Source of the DNA: Haliotis rufescens
Lineage: Eukaryota
DNA: 64,000 nt
Direction of reading: 5' to 3'
NCBI RefSeq assembly: GCF_023055435.1
Contig: NW_025963780.1
Location: 46,252,001 to 46,316,000 of the forward strand
Made by a program: the position numbers and the translations under genes. The notes below the pieces were generated by a model, which had not been told where the DNA came from, did no database searches, and saw nothing but the letters and a program-made list of their open reading frames with translations. Each line of letters starts with the position of its first letter. Position 1 is the first letter of the stretch. This document shows positions 43,461-59,700 of this stretch, piece by piece.

Positions 43461-43894
43461 TAGTAGCGCCTAGTCGTCGGGGTGGTAAACTCAACAAACG
43501 GCTACAGGGTGTGAGCTGATGGTTGTTTATTCTCTCAGAAGAGAAATGTGAAAGGCGAAAAATACGGCCTGAAACAATGTATAAATAATATGACATACTG
43601 CACAAAAGACATAGAACATTGACATTGTTATGATATACATAACGGCCTTAAATCTAATGGACATTCAATTACATGAACTAAAAATAGCGAGAAACAGCGA
43701 GAAACAGCGAGAAACCTAAGTTACTCATGTAGTAAGTAACCTGCACAATGATACAGTAATATATATTTTAATGATGCTATAATCTATTTAAACTAAATAT
43801 AAACCGTGTCTAATGTCATAACATTAGACAAGTACAATACTACGTGATAATTACAAAGATATATGACGTCAGCATTTATACAGATACATACATA

Positions 43895-44983
43895 AACTGA
43901 CGTCCAAAAGAAACTTTACCAGAGTTTGAAATCACTCTTCCTCAAAAACAACAAAACATACATGCATGAAGTAAAGGGTATTGAGAAGATCAATATATCA
44001 ACATAATCAACACTGAACATGACAATCATACCGCGACCGAGAATGACGTCAGAGCCCCCCAAAGTTGGGTGTGGTACAAAACTCGAGCTTTCAGAATCAT
44101 GGACAATAGGCAGAGTACATAAACAATCGCTCACGTTCAATAACAAGTCATTAGTAGCGTGTGTGACCTCCAAATGTCTCAATACACGCAAAAACTCTTC
44201 TACGCACACAAAAAGTCAGTCGTCTGATGAGGTCACGTGGGATTTGACGCCATTCTTCTTGGAGGGCCAAGATCAGTTCTTGCCGGTTGGCTGGATAGTG
44301 TGGTCGTTGTCGAACACGACGATCCATCAAGTCCCAGAGGTGTTCTATGGGGGACATGTCGGGTGAGCGTGCAGGCCACGGCAGGACGTTGACGTTGTTG
44401 GCTGCGAGGAAGTTAGTGACAATTCTGGCTGTATGGGCTCTAGCGTTGTCATGCTGATAAATGACACCACGTGGCTGCTGTTGGAGAAATGGTAAGACAA
44501 CTTGACGAAGAATGTTATCCATGTAACGCTGAGTTGTCAAGTTTCCGTCAACGATGACCAGCGGTGTCCTCTCCTGCCCACAGAACCCTCCCCACACCAT
44601 GACACTCCCTCCACCATATGGTACGACCTCCTGCACGCAACACGCCGCCGTTCGTTCACCCCTTCGGCGGTAAACACGTTGTCTCCCATCGGCCCTAAAC
44701 ATACAGAATCGACTTTCGTCAGTGAAGACAACCCTCTGCCAGTCACGTCGTTGCCAACGTCGTACAGTCCGGGCCCATCTCAATCGCAGACGACAATGTT
44801 GCGCTGTCAATAGCTGTCCTCTGTATGGTCTAAAAGCCCTGATTCCATGAGCTCTGAATCTCCTGGCCACTGTCTGTCGATTAACCCTGTGACCTAAGGC
44901 ATTTGTCGCCGATGACGTCACTGTCAGGAAGCGATTTCGGAGGTGCAAGGTACGCAAGTACCGATCATCATGGGGCGTCATCA
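43895..44983 (-). mobile_element. Tc1/mariner (DD34E) transposon, 5'-truncated; catalytic domain still open (ORF ends 44151)
   Basis: VVFTDESRF, VMVWG, YQHDNARAH, WPARSPDMSPIEHLW (34 residues between D and E), GGHTRY C-terminus. Probable terminal TA|aactgacgtccaaaagaaac at 43893-43914; other end absent. Confidence 0.92.
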
Positions 44984-45128
44984 TATCACCAACCGTCCAC
45001 ACTGATATCACCAACCGTCCACACTGATATCATCAACCGTACACACTGATATCACCAACCGTACCCACTGATATCACCAACCGTACACACTGATATCACC
45101 AACCGTACACACTGATATCACAAACCAC
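44984..45128. repeat. 22-bp tandem repeat (cactgatatcaccaaccgt[a/c]ca) x~6.5 at the Tc1 breakpoint
   Basis: Direct. Confidence 0.93.
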
Positions 45129-45544
45129 ACGCTACACAATACATGCATCACATTCCATGTTGTACTGGTTCTGTTACGTTGTCATTTAATGGAATTGCAT
45201 CATAGACATTTTACATTGTCAGTGTCACATACGTTTGTCATCCGGAGAGCTACTTGTGTCTGAAATGTTAAAAAACAAATCGAGTTGAGCAACTTGCAAA
45301 GCTTTGTGACCTGTATGTCTACAAATGTTTGTAGACTTGAATATACTTGAGAAAAGTGTTCACTCTTACACTAAATAAGCAGGGTTTGAGTACATTATAT
45401 CAGTCAAAGCGGTGTAGATTCGTGTAATTTAACTGTTAGAGTAAAGGAATGTCTCAGATTTTACTGCCGCTTCGCGGAATATGATGTGTTTCAAACATCA
45501 ACGATAACACGCGTTCTTCAACAAGTGTAATGCATTCAATGTGG

Positions 45545-47158
45545 ATGGTATATACGCTATGTGTGTGTATGGGAAGTGGTGGTATGTACGCTACGTGTGT
45601 GTATGGGAAGTGATGGTATGTACGCTACGTGTGTGTATGGGAAGTGATGGTATGTACGCTACGTGTGTGTATAGGAAGTGATGGTATGTACGCTACGTGT
45701 GTGTATAGGAAGTGATGGTATGTACGCTACATGTGTGTATAGGAAGTGATGGTATGTACGCTACGTGTGTGTATGGGAAGTGATGGTATGTACGCTACAT
45801 GTGTGTATAGGAAGTGATGGTATGTACGCTACGTGTGTGTATAGGAAGTGATGGTATGTACGCTACGTGTGTGTATAGGAAGCGGTGGTATGTACGCTAC
45901 GTGTGTGTATAGGAAGCGGTAGTATGTACGCTACGTGTGTGCATAGGAAGTGATGGTATGTACGCTACGTGTGTGTATAGGAAGCGGTGGTATGTACGCT
46001 ACGTGTGTGTATAGGAAGCGGTGGTATGTACGCTACGTGTGTGTATAGGAAGTGATGGTATGTACGCTACGTGTGTGTATAGGAAGCGGTGGTATGTACG
46101 CTACGTGTGTGTATAGGAAGTGATGGTATGTACGCTACGTGTGTGTATAGGAAGTGATGGTATGTACGCTACGTGTGTGTATAGGAAGTGATGGTATGTA
46201 CGCTACGTGTGAATATAGGAAGTGATGGTATGTACGCTACGTGTGTGTATAGAAAGTGATGGTATGTACGCTACGTGTGTGTATAGGAAGTGATGGTATG
46301 TACGCTACGTGTGTGTATAGGAAGTGATGGTATGTACGCTACGTGTGTGTATAGGAAGTGATGGTATGTACGCTACGTGTGAATATAGGAAGTGATGGTA
46401 TGTACGCTACGTGTGTGTATAGAAAGTGATGGTATGTACGCTACGTGTGTGTATAGGAAGTGATGGTATGTACGCTACGTGTGTGTATAGGAAGTGATGG
46501 TATGTACGCTACATGTGTGTATAGGAAGTGATGGTATGTACGCTACGTGTGTGTATGGGAAGTGATGGTATGTACGCTACGTGTGTGTATAGGAAGTGAT
46601 GGTATGTACGCTACATGTGTGTATAGGAAGTGATGGTATGTACGCTATGTGTGTGTATGGGAAGTGATGGTATGTACGCTACATGTTTGTATAGGAAGTG
46701 ATGGTATGTACGCTACATGTGTGTATAGGAAGTGATGGCATGTACGCTACATGTGTGTATAGGAAGTGATGGTATGTACGCTACATGTGTGTATGGGAAG
46801 TGGTGGTATGTACCCTACGTGTGTGTATAGGAAGTGATGGTATGTACGCTACATGTGTGTATAGGAAGTGATGGTATGTACGCTACATGTGTGTATGGGA
46901 AGTGATGGTATGTACCCTACGTGTGTGTTTAGGAAGTGATGGTATGTACGCTACGTGTGTGTATTGGAAGTGATGGTATGTACGCTACGTGTGTGTATAG
47001 AAAGTGATGGTATGTACCCTACGTGTGTGTATAGGAAGTGATGGTATGTACGCTACCAGTGTGTATAGGAAGTGATGGTATGTATGCTACGTGTGTGTAT
47101 GGGAAGACATGGTATGTACGCTACGTGTTGGTATGGGAAGTGATGGTATGTACGCTAC
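45545..47158. repeat. Minisatellite, 34-bp unit (gtgatggtatgtacgctacgtgtgtgtataggaa), ~47 copies
   Basis: Direct periodicity. Confidence 0.97.
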
Positions 47159-47519
47159 TGTAAATAACATTAAACTACGCTGATAACGAACACGATTATA
47201 ACGAATTGACTGATATAACGAACTGACTGATATAACGAACTGTTTTTGGGGGACATTTCATCATGTAAAATGGATGTATATAACGAACACGCTTACGGCG
47301 AAAAAAGGGAAAACAGCGAACGCACTTTGTGGTCTATTATCTAACGTTTTGTGTCATTCACGAACTAGTGTTTGTGGAATGCTAAATCACTTTACGTGCA
47401 GTAGTTTAGTTAATCAGAAGTGGCTGTCACGTGACAGATAGTTTGGTTTTTTCACATTCTCTCAAAAAGCTATATCCCTCTCCTGTGGACATAAAGAAAC
47501 AAACAATTAAAACTTTATA

Positions 47520-47742
47520 GCTTGTGTGGGTTTAATAGTGCTAGTCAACTGAGATGCCATTGCCCTGGACACCCTACCCAGACACAGTATGCTGACTTCG
47601 AGCCAACCAGTTCTTGTTTTACCCCCTTATTACCTAGCGTCATACAGGACAACAAGTATTTTCTTTTAACGTCTTTTGGGATGATACGGCCGGGGATCGA
47701 GCTCCGACATTCCGATGTATCCGCTGGACCACAGGGGCGGAC
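47520..47742 (-). mobile_element. Second, more decayed Meta-domain-like tRNA SINE
   Basis: Minus strand: gagctcgatccccggccgtatcatcccaaaagacgttaaaagaaaatacttgttg...actggttggctcg...tctcagttgactagcactattaaa, homologous to 40566-40836. Confidence 0.7.
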
Positions 47743-47793
47743 ATAGACGTATCACTTGTGTACGGAGAGTTTTCTATTAAACACATCATCTTA

Positions 47794-50700
47794 CATGTCT
47801 CACAACACTCGACCACTGACCCACCACACTCGACCAGTGGCTCACAACACTCGACTAATGTCTCACAACACTCGTCCAATGTCTCACCACACTCGACTAA
47901 TGTCTCACAACACTCGACTAATGTCTCACAACACTCGACCACTGACTCACCACACTCGACCAGTGGCTCACAACACTCGACTAATGTCTCACAACACTCG
48001 TCCAATGTCTCACAACACTCGACTAATGTCTCACAACAGTCGACTAATGTCTCACAACACTCGACTAATGTCTCACAACACTCGACCACTGACCCACCAC
48101 ACTCGACCAGTGGCTCACAACACTCGACTAATGTCTCACAACACTCGTCCAATGTCTCACAACACTCGACTAATGTCTCACAACACTCGACTAATGTCTC
48201 ACCACACTCGACCACTGACTCACCACACTCGACCAGTGGCTCACAACACTCGACTAATGTCTCACAACACTCGCCTAATGTCTCACAACACTCGACTAAT
48301 GTCTCACAACAGTCGACTAATGTCTCACAACACTCGACCACTGACTCACCACACTCGACCAGTGGCTCACAACACTCGACTAATGTCTCACAACACTCGA
48401 CTAATGTCTCACAACACTCGGCCAATGTCTCACAACACTCGGCCAATGTCTCACAACACTCGGCCAATGTCTCACAACACTCGTTTAATGTCTCACCACA
48501 AACGCCCAATGTCTCAGAACACTATCCCAATGTCTCACCACACTTGACCAATGGCTCACAACACTCGACTAATGTCTCACAACACTCGACTAATGTCTCA
48601 CAACACTCGTCCAATGTCTCACAACACTCGGCCAATTTCTCACAACACTCGTTTAATGTCTCACCACAAACGCCCAATGTCTCATAACACTATCCCAATG
48701 TCTCACAACACTTGACCAATGGCTCACAACACTCGACTAATGTCTTACAACACTCGAACAATGACTCACCACACTCGGCAAATGTCTAACCACAAACGCC
48801 CAATGTCTCGGAACACTATCCCAATGTCTCACCACACTCGCCCAATGTCTCACAACACTCGTCCAATGTCTCACAACACTCGGCCAATTTCTCACAACAC
48901 TCGTTTAATGTCTCACCACAAACGCCCAATGTCTCATAACACTATCCCAATGTCTCACAACACTTGACCAATGGCTCACAACACTCGACTAATGTCTCAC
49001 AACACTCGGCCAATGTCTCACAACACTCGGCCAATGTCTCACAACAATCGTTTAATGTCTCACCACAAACGCCCAATGTCTCACAACACTATCCCAATGT
49101 CTCACCACACTTGACCAATGGCTCACAACACTCGACTAATGTCTCACAACACTCGACTAATGTCTCACAACACTCGTCCAATGTCTCACAACACTCGGCC
49201 AATTTCTCACAACACTCGTTTAATGTCTCACCACAAACGCCCAATGTCTCATAACACTATCCCAATGTCTCACAACACTTGACCAATGGCTCACAACACT
49301 CGACTAATGTCTTACAACACTCGAACAATGACTCACCACACTCGGCAAATGTCTAACCACAAACGCCCAATGTCTCGGAACACTCACCCAATGTCTCACC
49401 ACACTCGACCAATGTCTCACCACACTCGACCAATGTCTCACAACACTCGTCCAATGTCTCACAACACTCGTCCAATGTGTCACAACACTCGCCCAATGTC
49501 TCACAACACTCGGCCAATGTCTTACAACACTCGAACAATGACTCACCACACTCGGCCAATGTCTCACCTCAAACGCCCAATGTCTCAGAACACTATCCCT
49601 ATCTCTCATCACAATCGACCAATATCTCACAACACTCACCCAATGTCTCACCACACTCGACCAATGTCTCAGAACACTATCCCAATGTCTCACCACACTC
49701 ACCCAATGTCTCACCACACTCGACCAATGTCTCACCCCAAACGCCCAATGTCTCACAACACTCGCCCTATCCCAATGTCTCACCACACTCACCCAATGTC
49801 TCACCACACTCGACGAATGTCTCACCTCAAACGCCCAATGTCTCAGAACACTCGCCCTATTCCAATGTCTCACCACACTCGACCAATGTCTCACAACACT
49901 CACCCAATGTCTCACAACAATCGCCCAATGTTTCACCACACTCGACTAGTGTCTTACAACTCTCGACCAATGACTCACAAAAACTCGCCCGATGACTCAC
50001 AACACACGACCAATATCTCACAACACTCGACCCATATCTCACAACTCTCGACCAATGACTCACAAAAACGCGCCCGATGACTCACAACACTCGACCAATA
50101 TCTCACTTCTCTCGACCAATGACTCACAAAACTGGCCCGATCTCGCGATGACTCACAACACACGACCAATATCTCACAACACTCGACCCATATCTCACAA
50201 CTCTCGACCAATGACTCACAAAACTCGCCCGATGACTCACAACACACGACCAATATCTCACAACTCTCGACCAATATCTCACAACTCTCGACCAATATCT
50301 CACAACTCTCAACCAATGACTCACAAAACTCGCCTAATGTCTCACAACACTCGACCAATGTCTCACAACACTCGCCTAATGTCTAACCACACTATCCCAA
50401 TGGCTCACCACACTCGACCAATATCTCACAACACTCACCCAATGTCTCACCACACTCTGCCAATGTCTCACCACACTCGACCAATGTCTCAGAACACTCG
50501 CCCAATGTCTCACAACACTCGCCCAATGTCTCACAACACTAACCCAATGTCTCACACCACTCGCCTAATGTCTCAGAACACTCGGCCAATGTCTCACAAC
50601 ACTCGCCTAATGTCTCGTAACACTCGCCTAATGTCACACAACACTCGCACAATGACTCACCACACTCGCCCAATGTCTCACCTCAAACGCCCAATGTCTC

Positions 50701-53700
50701 AGAACACTATCCCAATGTCTCATAACACTCGACCAATATCTCACAACACTCACCCAATGTCTCACCACACTCGCCCAATGTCTCAGAACACTATCCCAAT
50801 GTCTCACCACACTCACCCAATGTCTCACCACACTCGACCAATGTCTCACCTCAAACGCCAAATGTCTCAGAACACTATCCCAATGTCTCACCACACTCGA
50901 CCAATGTCTCACAACACTCACCCAATGTCTCACAACAATCGCCCAATGTTTCACCACACTCGACTAGTGTCTTACTAACTCTCGACCAATGACTCACAAA
51001 AACTCGCCCGATGACTCATAACACACGACCAATATCTCACAACACTCGACCCATATCTCACAACTCTCGACCAATGACTCACAAAAACGCGCCCGATGAC
51101 TCACAACACACGACCAATATCTCACAACTCTCGACCAATATCTCACAACTCTCGAGCAATATCTCACAACTCTCAACCAGTGACTCGAAAAACTCGCCTA
51201 ATGTCTCACAACACTCGACCAATGTCTCACAACACTCGCCTAATGTCTCACAACACTCGCCTTATGTCACACAACACTATCCCAATGGCTCACCACACTC
51301 GACCAATATCTCACAACACTCACCCAATGTCTCACCAGACTCTGCCAATGTCTCACCACACTCGACCAATGTCTCACAACACTATCCCAATGTCTCACCA
51401 CACTCACCCAATGTCTCACAACACTCGACCAATTTCTCGGAACACTATCCCAATGTCTCACCACACTCGACCAATGTCTCACAACACTCACCCATTGTCT
51501 CACAACACTCGCCTAATGTCTCACAACACTCGCCCAATGTCTCACAACACTCGCCCAATGTCTCATAACACTATCCCAATGTCTCACAACACTCGTTTAA
51601 TGTCTCACCACAAACGCCCAATGTCTCATAACACTATCCCAATGTCTCACAACACTTGACCAATGGCTCACAACACTCGACTAATGTCTCACAACACTCC
51701 TCCAATGTCTCACAACACTCGCCTAATGTCTCACAACACTCGCCCAATGTCTCACAACACTCGCCCAATGTCTCACAACACTCACCCAATGTCTCACAAC
51801 ACTCGTTTAATGTCTCACCACAAACGCCCAATGTCTCATAACACTATCCCAATGTCTCACAACACTTGACCAATGGCTCACAACACTCACCCAATGTCTC
51901 ACCACAGTCGACCAATGTCTCACCACAAACGCCCAATGTCTCATAACACTATCCCAATGTCTCACAACACTTGACCAATGGCTCACAACACTCGACTAAT
52001 GTCTCACAACACTCGTCCAATGTCTCACAACACTCGGCCAATGTCTTACAACACTCGAACAATGACTCACCACACTCGGCAAATGTCTAACCACAAACGC
52101 CCAATGTCTCGGAACACTATCCCAATGTCTCACCACACTCGCCCAATGTCTCACAACACTCGTCCAATGTCTCACAACACTCGGCCAATGTCTTACAACA
52201 CTCGAACAATGACTCACCACACTCGGCAAATGTCTAACCACAAACGCCCAATGTCTCGGAACACTCACCCAATGTCTCACCACACTCGACCAATGTCTCA
52301 CAACACTCGACCAATGTCTCACAACACTCGCCTAATGTCACACCACACTCGTCCAATGTGTCACAACGCTCGCCCAATGTCTCACAACACTCGTCCAATG
52401 TCTCACAACACTCGGCCAATGTCTTACAACACTCGAACAATGACTCACCACACTCGGCAAATGTCTAACCACAAACGCCCAATGTCTCGGAACACTCACC
52501 CAATGTCTCACCACACTCGACCAATGTCTCACAACACTCGACCAATGTCTCACAACACTCGCCTAATGTCACACAACACTCGTCCAATGTGTCACAACAC
52601 TCGCCCAATGTCTCACAACACTCGGCCAATGTCTTAGAACACTCGAACAATGACTAACCACACTCGGCCAATATCTCACCTCAAACGCCCAATGTCTCAG
52701 AACACTATCCCAATCTCTCATCACACTCGACCAATATCTCACAACACTCACCCAATGTCTCACCACACTCGACCAATGTCTCAGAGCACTATCCCAATGT
52801 CTCACCACACTCACCCAATGTCTCACCACACTCGACCAATGTCTCACCCCAAACGCCCAATGTCTCACAACACTCGCCCTATCCGAATGTCTCACCACAC
52901 TCACCCAATGTCTCACCACACTCGACGAATGTCTCACCTCAAACGCCCAATGTCTCAGAACACTCGCCCTATTCCAATGTATCACCACACTCGACCAATG
53001 TCTCACAACACTCACCCAATGTCTCACAACAATCGCCCAATGTTTCACCACACTCGACTAGTGTCTTACAACTCTCGACCAATGACTCACAAAAACTCGC
53101 CCGATGACTCACAACACACGACCAATATCTCACAACACTCGACCCATATCTCACAACTCTCGACCAATGACTCACAAAAACGTGCCCGATGACTCACAAC
53201 ACTCGACCCATATCTCACTTCTCTCGACCAATGACTCACAAAACTGGCCCGATCTCGCGATGACTCACAACACACGACCAATATCTCACAACACTCGACC
53301 CATATCTCACAAATCTCGACCAATGACTCACAAAACTCGCCCGATGACTCACAACACACGACCAATATCTCACAACTCTCGACCAATATCTCACAACTCT
53401 CGACCATTATCTCACAACTCTCAACCAATGACTCACAAAACTCGCCTAATGTCTCACAACACTCGACCAATGTCTCACAACACTCGCCTAATGTCTAACC
53501 ACACTATCCCAATGGCTCACCACACTCGACCAATATCTCACAACACTCACCCAATGTCTCACCACACTCTGCCAATGTCTCACCACACTCTGCCAATGTC
53601 TCACCACACTTGACCAATGTCTCAGAACACTCGCCCAATGTCTCACAACACTCGCCCAATGTCTCACAACACTAACCCAATGTCTCACAACACTCGCCTA

Positions 53701-56700
53701 ATGTTTCAGAACACTCGGCCAATGTCTCACAACACTCGCCTAATGTCTCACAACACTCGCCTAATATCACACAACACTCGTCCAATGTGTCACAACGCTC
53801 GCCTAATGTCTCACAACACTCGCCCAAAGTCTCACAACACTCGCCCAATGTCTCACAACACTCACCCAATGTCTCACAACACTCGTTTAATGTCTCACCA
53901 CAAACGCCCAATGTCTCACAACACTCGTCCAATGTCTCACAACAATCGGCCAATGTCCTACAACACTCGAACAATGACTCACCACACTCGGCAAATGTCT
54001 AACCACAAACGCCCAATGTCTCGCAACACTATCCCAATGTCTCACCACACTCGCCCAATGTCTCACAACACTCGTCCAATGTCTCACAACACTCGGCCAA
54101 TGTCTTACAACACTCGAACAATGACTCACCACACTCGGCAAATGTCTAACCACAAACGCCCAATGTCTCGGAACACTCACCCAATGTCTCACCACACTCG
54201 ACCAATGTCTCACAACACTCGACCAATGTCTCACAACACTCGCCTAATGTCACACAACACTCGTCCAATGTGTCACAACGCTCGCCCAATGTCTCACAAC
54301 ACTCGTCCAATGTCTCACAACACTCGGCCAATGTCTTACAACACTCGAACAATGACTCACCACACTCGGCAAATGTCTAACCACAAACGCCCAATGTCTC
54401 GGAACACTCACCCAATGTCTCACCACACTCGACCAATGTCTCACAACACTCGACCAATGTCTCACAACACTCGCCTAATGTCACACAACACTCGTCCAAT
54501 GTGTCACAACGCTCGCCCAATGTCTCACAACACTCGGCCAATGTCTTACAACACTCGAACAATGACTCACCACACTCGGCCAATGTCTCACCTCAAACGC
54601 CCAATGTCTCAGAACACTATCCCAATCTCTCATCACACTCGACCAATATCTCACAACACTCACCCAATGTCTCACCACACTCGACCAATGTCTCAGAACA
54701 CTATCCCAATGTCTCACCACACTCACCCAATGTCTCACCACACTCGACCAATGTCTCACCTCAAACGCCCAATGTCTCACAACACTCGCCCTATCCAAAT
54801 GTCTCACCACACTCACCCAATGTCTCACCACACTCGACGAATGTCTCACCTCAAACGCCCAATGTCTCAGAACACTCGCCCTATTCCAATGTCTCACCAC
54901 ACTCGACCAATGTCTCACAACACTCACCCAATGTCTCACAACAATCGCCCAATGTTTCACCACACTCGACTAGTGTCTTACAACTCTCGACCAATGACTC
55001 ACAAAAACTCGCCCGATGACTCAAAACACACGACCAATATCTCACAACACTCACCCAATGTCTCACAACACTCACCCAATGTCTCACAACACTCGTTTAA
55101 TGTCTCACCACAAACGCCCAATGTCTCAGAACACTATCCCAATGTCTCACAACACTTGACCAATGGCTCACAACACTCGACTAATGTCTCACAACACTCG
55201 TCCAATGTCTCACAACAATCGGCCAATGTCCTACAACACTCGAACAATGACTCACCACACTCGGCAAATGTCTAACCACAAACGCCCAATGTCTCGGAAC
55301 ACTATCCCAATGTCTCACCACACTCGCCCAATGTCTCACAACACTCGTCCAATGTCTCACAACACTCGGCCAATGTCTTACAACACTCGAACAATGACTC
55401 ACCACACTCGGCAAATGTCTAACCACAAACGCCCAATGTCTCGGAACACTCACCCAATGTCTCACCACACTCGACCAATGTCTCACAACACTCGACCAAT
55501 GTCTCACAACACTCGCCTAATGTCACACAACACTCGTCCAATGTGTCACAACACTCGCCCAATGTCTCACAACACTCGGCCAATGTCTTACAACACTCGA
55601 ACAATGACTAACCACACTCGGCCAATATCTCACCTCAAACGCCCAATGTCTCAGAACACTATCCCAATCTCTCATCACACTCGACCAATATCTCACAACA
55701 CTCACCCAATGTCTCACCACACTCGACCAATGTCTCAGAGCACTATCCCAATGTCTCACCACACTCACCCAATGTCTCACCACACTCGACCAATGTCTCA
55801 CCCCAAACGCCCAATGTCTCACAACACTCGCCCTATCCGAATGTCTCACCACACTCACCCAATGTCTCACCACACTCGACGAATGTCTCACCTCAAACGC
55901 CCAATGTCTCAGAACACTCGCCCTATTCCAATGTATCACCACACTCGACCAATGTCTCACAACACTCACCCAATGTCTCACAACAATCGCCCAATGTTTC
56001 ACCACACTCGACTAGTGTCTTACAACTCTCGACCAATGACTCACAAAAACTCGCCCGATGACTCACAACACACGACCAATATCTCACAACACTCGACCCA
56101 TATCTCACAACTCTCGACCAATGACTCACAAAAACGTGCCCGATGACTCACAACACTCGACCCATATCTCACTTCTCTCGACCAATGACTCACAAAACTG
56201 GCCCGATCTCGCGATGACTCACAACACACGACCAATATCTCACAACACTCGACCCATATCTCACAAATCTCGACCAATGACTCACAAAACTCGCCCGATG
56301 ACTCACAACACACGACCAATATCTCACAACTCTCGACCAATATCTCACAACTCTCGACCATTATCTCACAACTCTCAACCAATGACTCACAAAACTCGCC
56401 TAATGTCTCACAACACTCGACCAATGTCTCACAACACTCGCCTAATGTCTAACCACACTATCCCAATGGCTCACCACACTCGACCAATATCTCACAACAC
56501 TCACCCAATGTCTCACCACACTCTGCCAATGTCTCACCACACTCTGCCAATGTCTCACCACACTTGACCAATGTCTCAGAACACTCGCCCAATGTCTCAC
56601 AACACTCGCCCAATGTCTCACAACACTAACCCAATGTCTCACAACACTCGCCTAATGTTTCAGAACACTCGGCCAATGTCTCACAACACTCGCCTAATGT

Positions 56701-59700
56701 CTCACAACACTCGCCTAATATCACACAACACTCGTCCAATGTGTCACAACGCTCGCCTAATGTCTCACAACACTCGCCCAAAGTCTCACAACACTCGCCC
56801 AATGTCTCACAACACTCACCCAATGTCTCACAACACTCGTTTAATGTCTCACCACAAACGCCCAATGTCTCACAACACTCGTCCAATGTCTCACAACAAT
56901 CGGCCAATGTCCTACAACACTCGAACAATGACTCACCACACTCGGCAAATGTCTAACCACAAACGCCCAATGTCTCGCAACACTATCCCAATGTCTCACC
57001 ACACTCGCCCAATGTCTCACAACACTCGTCCAATGTCTCACAACACTCGGCCAATGTCTTACAACACTCGAACAATGACTCACCACACTCGGCAAATGTC
57101 TAACCACAAACGCCCAATGTCTCGGAACACTCACCCAATGTCTCACCACACTCGACCAATGTCTCACAACACTCGACCAATGTCTCACAACACTCGCCTA
57201 ATGTCACACAACACTCGTCCAATGTGTCACAACGCTCGCCCAATGTCTCACAACACTCGTCCAATGTCTCACAACACTCGGCCAATGTCTTACAACACTC
57301 GAACAATGACTCACCACACTCGGCAAATGTCTAACCACAAACGCCCAATGTCTCGGAACACTCACCCAATGTCTCACCACACTCGACCAATGTCTCACAA
57401 CACTCGACCAATGTCTCACAACACTCGCCTAATGTCACACAACACTCGTCCAATGTGTCACAACGCTCGCCCAATGTCTCACAACACTCGGCCAATGTCT
57501 TACAACACTCGAACAATGACTCACCACACTCGGCCAATGTCTCACCTCAAACGCCCAATGTCTCAGAACACTATCCCAATCTCTCATCACACTCGACCAA
57601 TATCTCACAACACTCACCCAATGTCTCACCACACTCGACCAATGTCTCAGAACACTATCCCAATGTCTCACCACACTCACCCAATGTCTCACCACACTCG
57701 ACCAATGTCTCACCTCAAACGCCCAATGTCTCACAACACTCGCCCTATCCAAATGTCTCACCACACTCACCCAATGTCTCACCACACTCGACGAATGTCT
57801 CACCTCAAACGCCCAATGTCTCAGAACACTCGCCCTATTCCAATGTCTCACCACACTCGACCAATGTCTCACAACACTCACCCAATGTCTCACAACAATC
57901 GCCCAATGTTTCACCACACTCGACTAGTGTCTTACAACTCTCGACCAATGACTCACAAAAACTCGCCCGATGACTCAAAACACACGACCAATATCTCACA
58001 ACACTCACCCAATGTCTCACAACACTCACCCAATGTCTCACAACACTCGTTTAATGTCTCACCACAAACGCCCAATGTCTCAGAACACTATCCCAATGTC
58101 TCACAACACTTGACCAATGGCTCACAACACTCGACTAATGTCTCACAACACTCGTCCAATGTCTCACAACAATCGGCCAATGTCCTACAACACTCGAACA
58201 ATGACTCACCACACTCGGCAAATGTCTAACCACAAACGCCCAATGTCTCGGAACACTATCCCAATGTCTCACCACACTCGCCCAATGTCTCACAACACTC
58301 GTCCAATGTCTCACAACACTCGGCCAATGTCTTACAACACTCGAACAATGACTCACCACACTCGGCAAATGTCTAACCACAAACGCCCAATGTCTCGGAA
58401 CACTCACCCAATGTCTCACCACACTCGACCAATGTCTCACAACACTCGCCTAATGTCACACAACACTCGTCCAATGTGTCACAACGCTCGCCCAATGTCT
58501 CACAACACTCGTCCAATGTCTCACAACACTCGGCCAATGTCTTACAACACTCGAACAATGACTCACCACACTCGGCAAATGTCTAACCACAAACGCCCAA
58601 TGTCTCGGAACACTCACCCAATGTCTCACCACACTCGACCAATGTCTCACAACACTCGACCAATGTCTCACAACACTCGCCTAATGTCACACAACACTCG
58701 TCCAATGTGTCACAACGCTCGCCCAATGTCTCACAACACTCGGCCAATGTCTTACAACACTCGAACAATGACTCACCACACTCGGCCAATATCTCACCTC
58801 AAACGCCCAATGTCTCAGAACACTATCCCAATCTCTCATCACACTCGACCAATATCTCACAACACTCACCCAATGTCTCACCACACTCGCCCAATGTCTC
58901 AGAACACTATCCCAATGTCTCACCACACTCACCCAATGTCTCACCACACTCGACCAATGTCTCACCTCAAACGCCCAATGTCTCAGAACACTCGCCCTAT
59001 TCCAATGTCTCACCACACTCGACCAATGTCTCACAACACTCACCCAATGTCTCACAACAATCGCCCTATGTTTCACCACACTCGACTAGTGTCTTACAAC
59101 TCTCGACCAATGACTCACAAAAACTCGCCCGATGACTCAAAACACACGACCAATGACTCACAAAAACTCGCCCGATGACTCACAACACACGACCAATATC
59201 TCACAACACTCGACCCATATCTCACAACTCTCGACCAATGACTCACAAAAACGCGCCCGATGACTCACAACACTCGACCCATATCTCACTTCTCTCGACC
59301 AATGACTCACAAAACTCGCCCGATCTCGCGATGACTCACAACACACGACCAATATCTCACAACACTCGACCCATATCTCACAACTCTCGACCAATGACTC
59401 ACAAAACTCGCCCTATGACTCACAACACACGACCAATATCTCACAACTCTCGACCAATATCTCACAACTCTCGACCAATATCTCACAACTCTCAACCAAT
59501 GACTCACAAAACTCGCCTAATGTCTCACAACACTCGACCAATGTCTCACAACACTCGCCTAATGTCTCACAACACTCGCCTAATGTCTAACCACACTATC
59601 CCAATGGCTCACCACACTCGACCAATATCTCACAACACTCACTCAATGTCTCACCACACTCTGCCAATGTCTCACCACACTCGACCAATGTCTCAGAACA

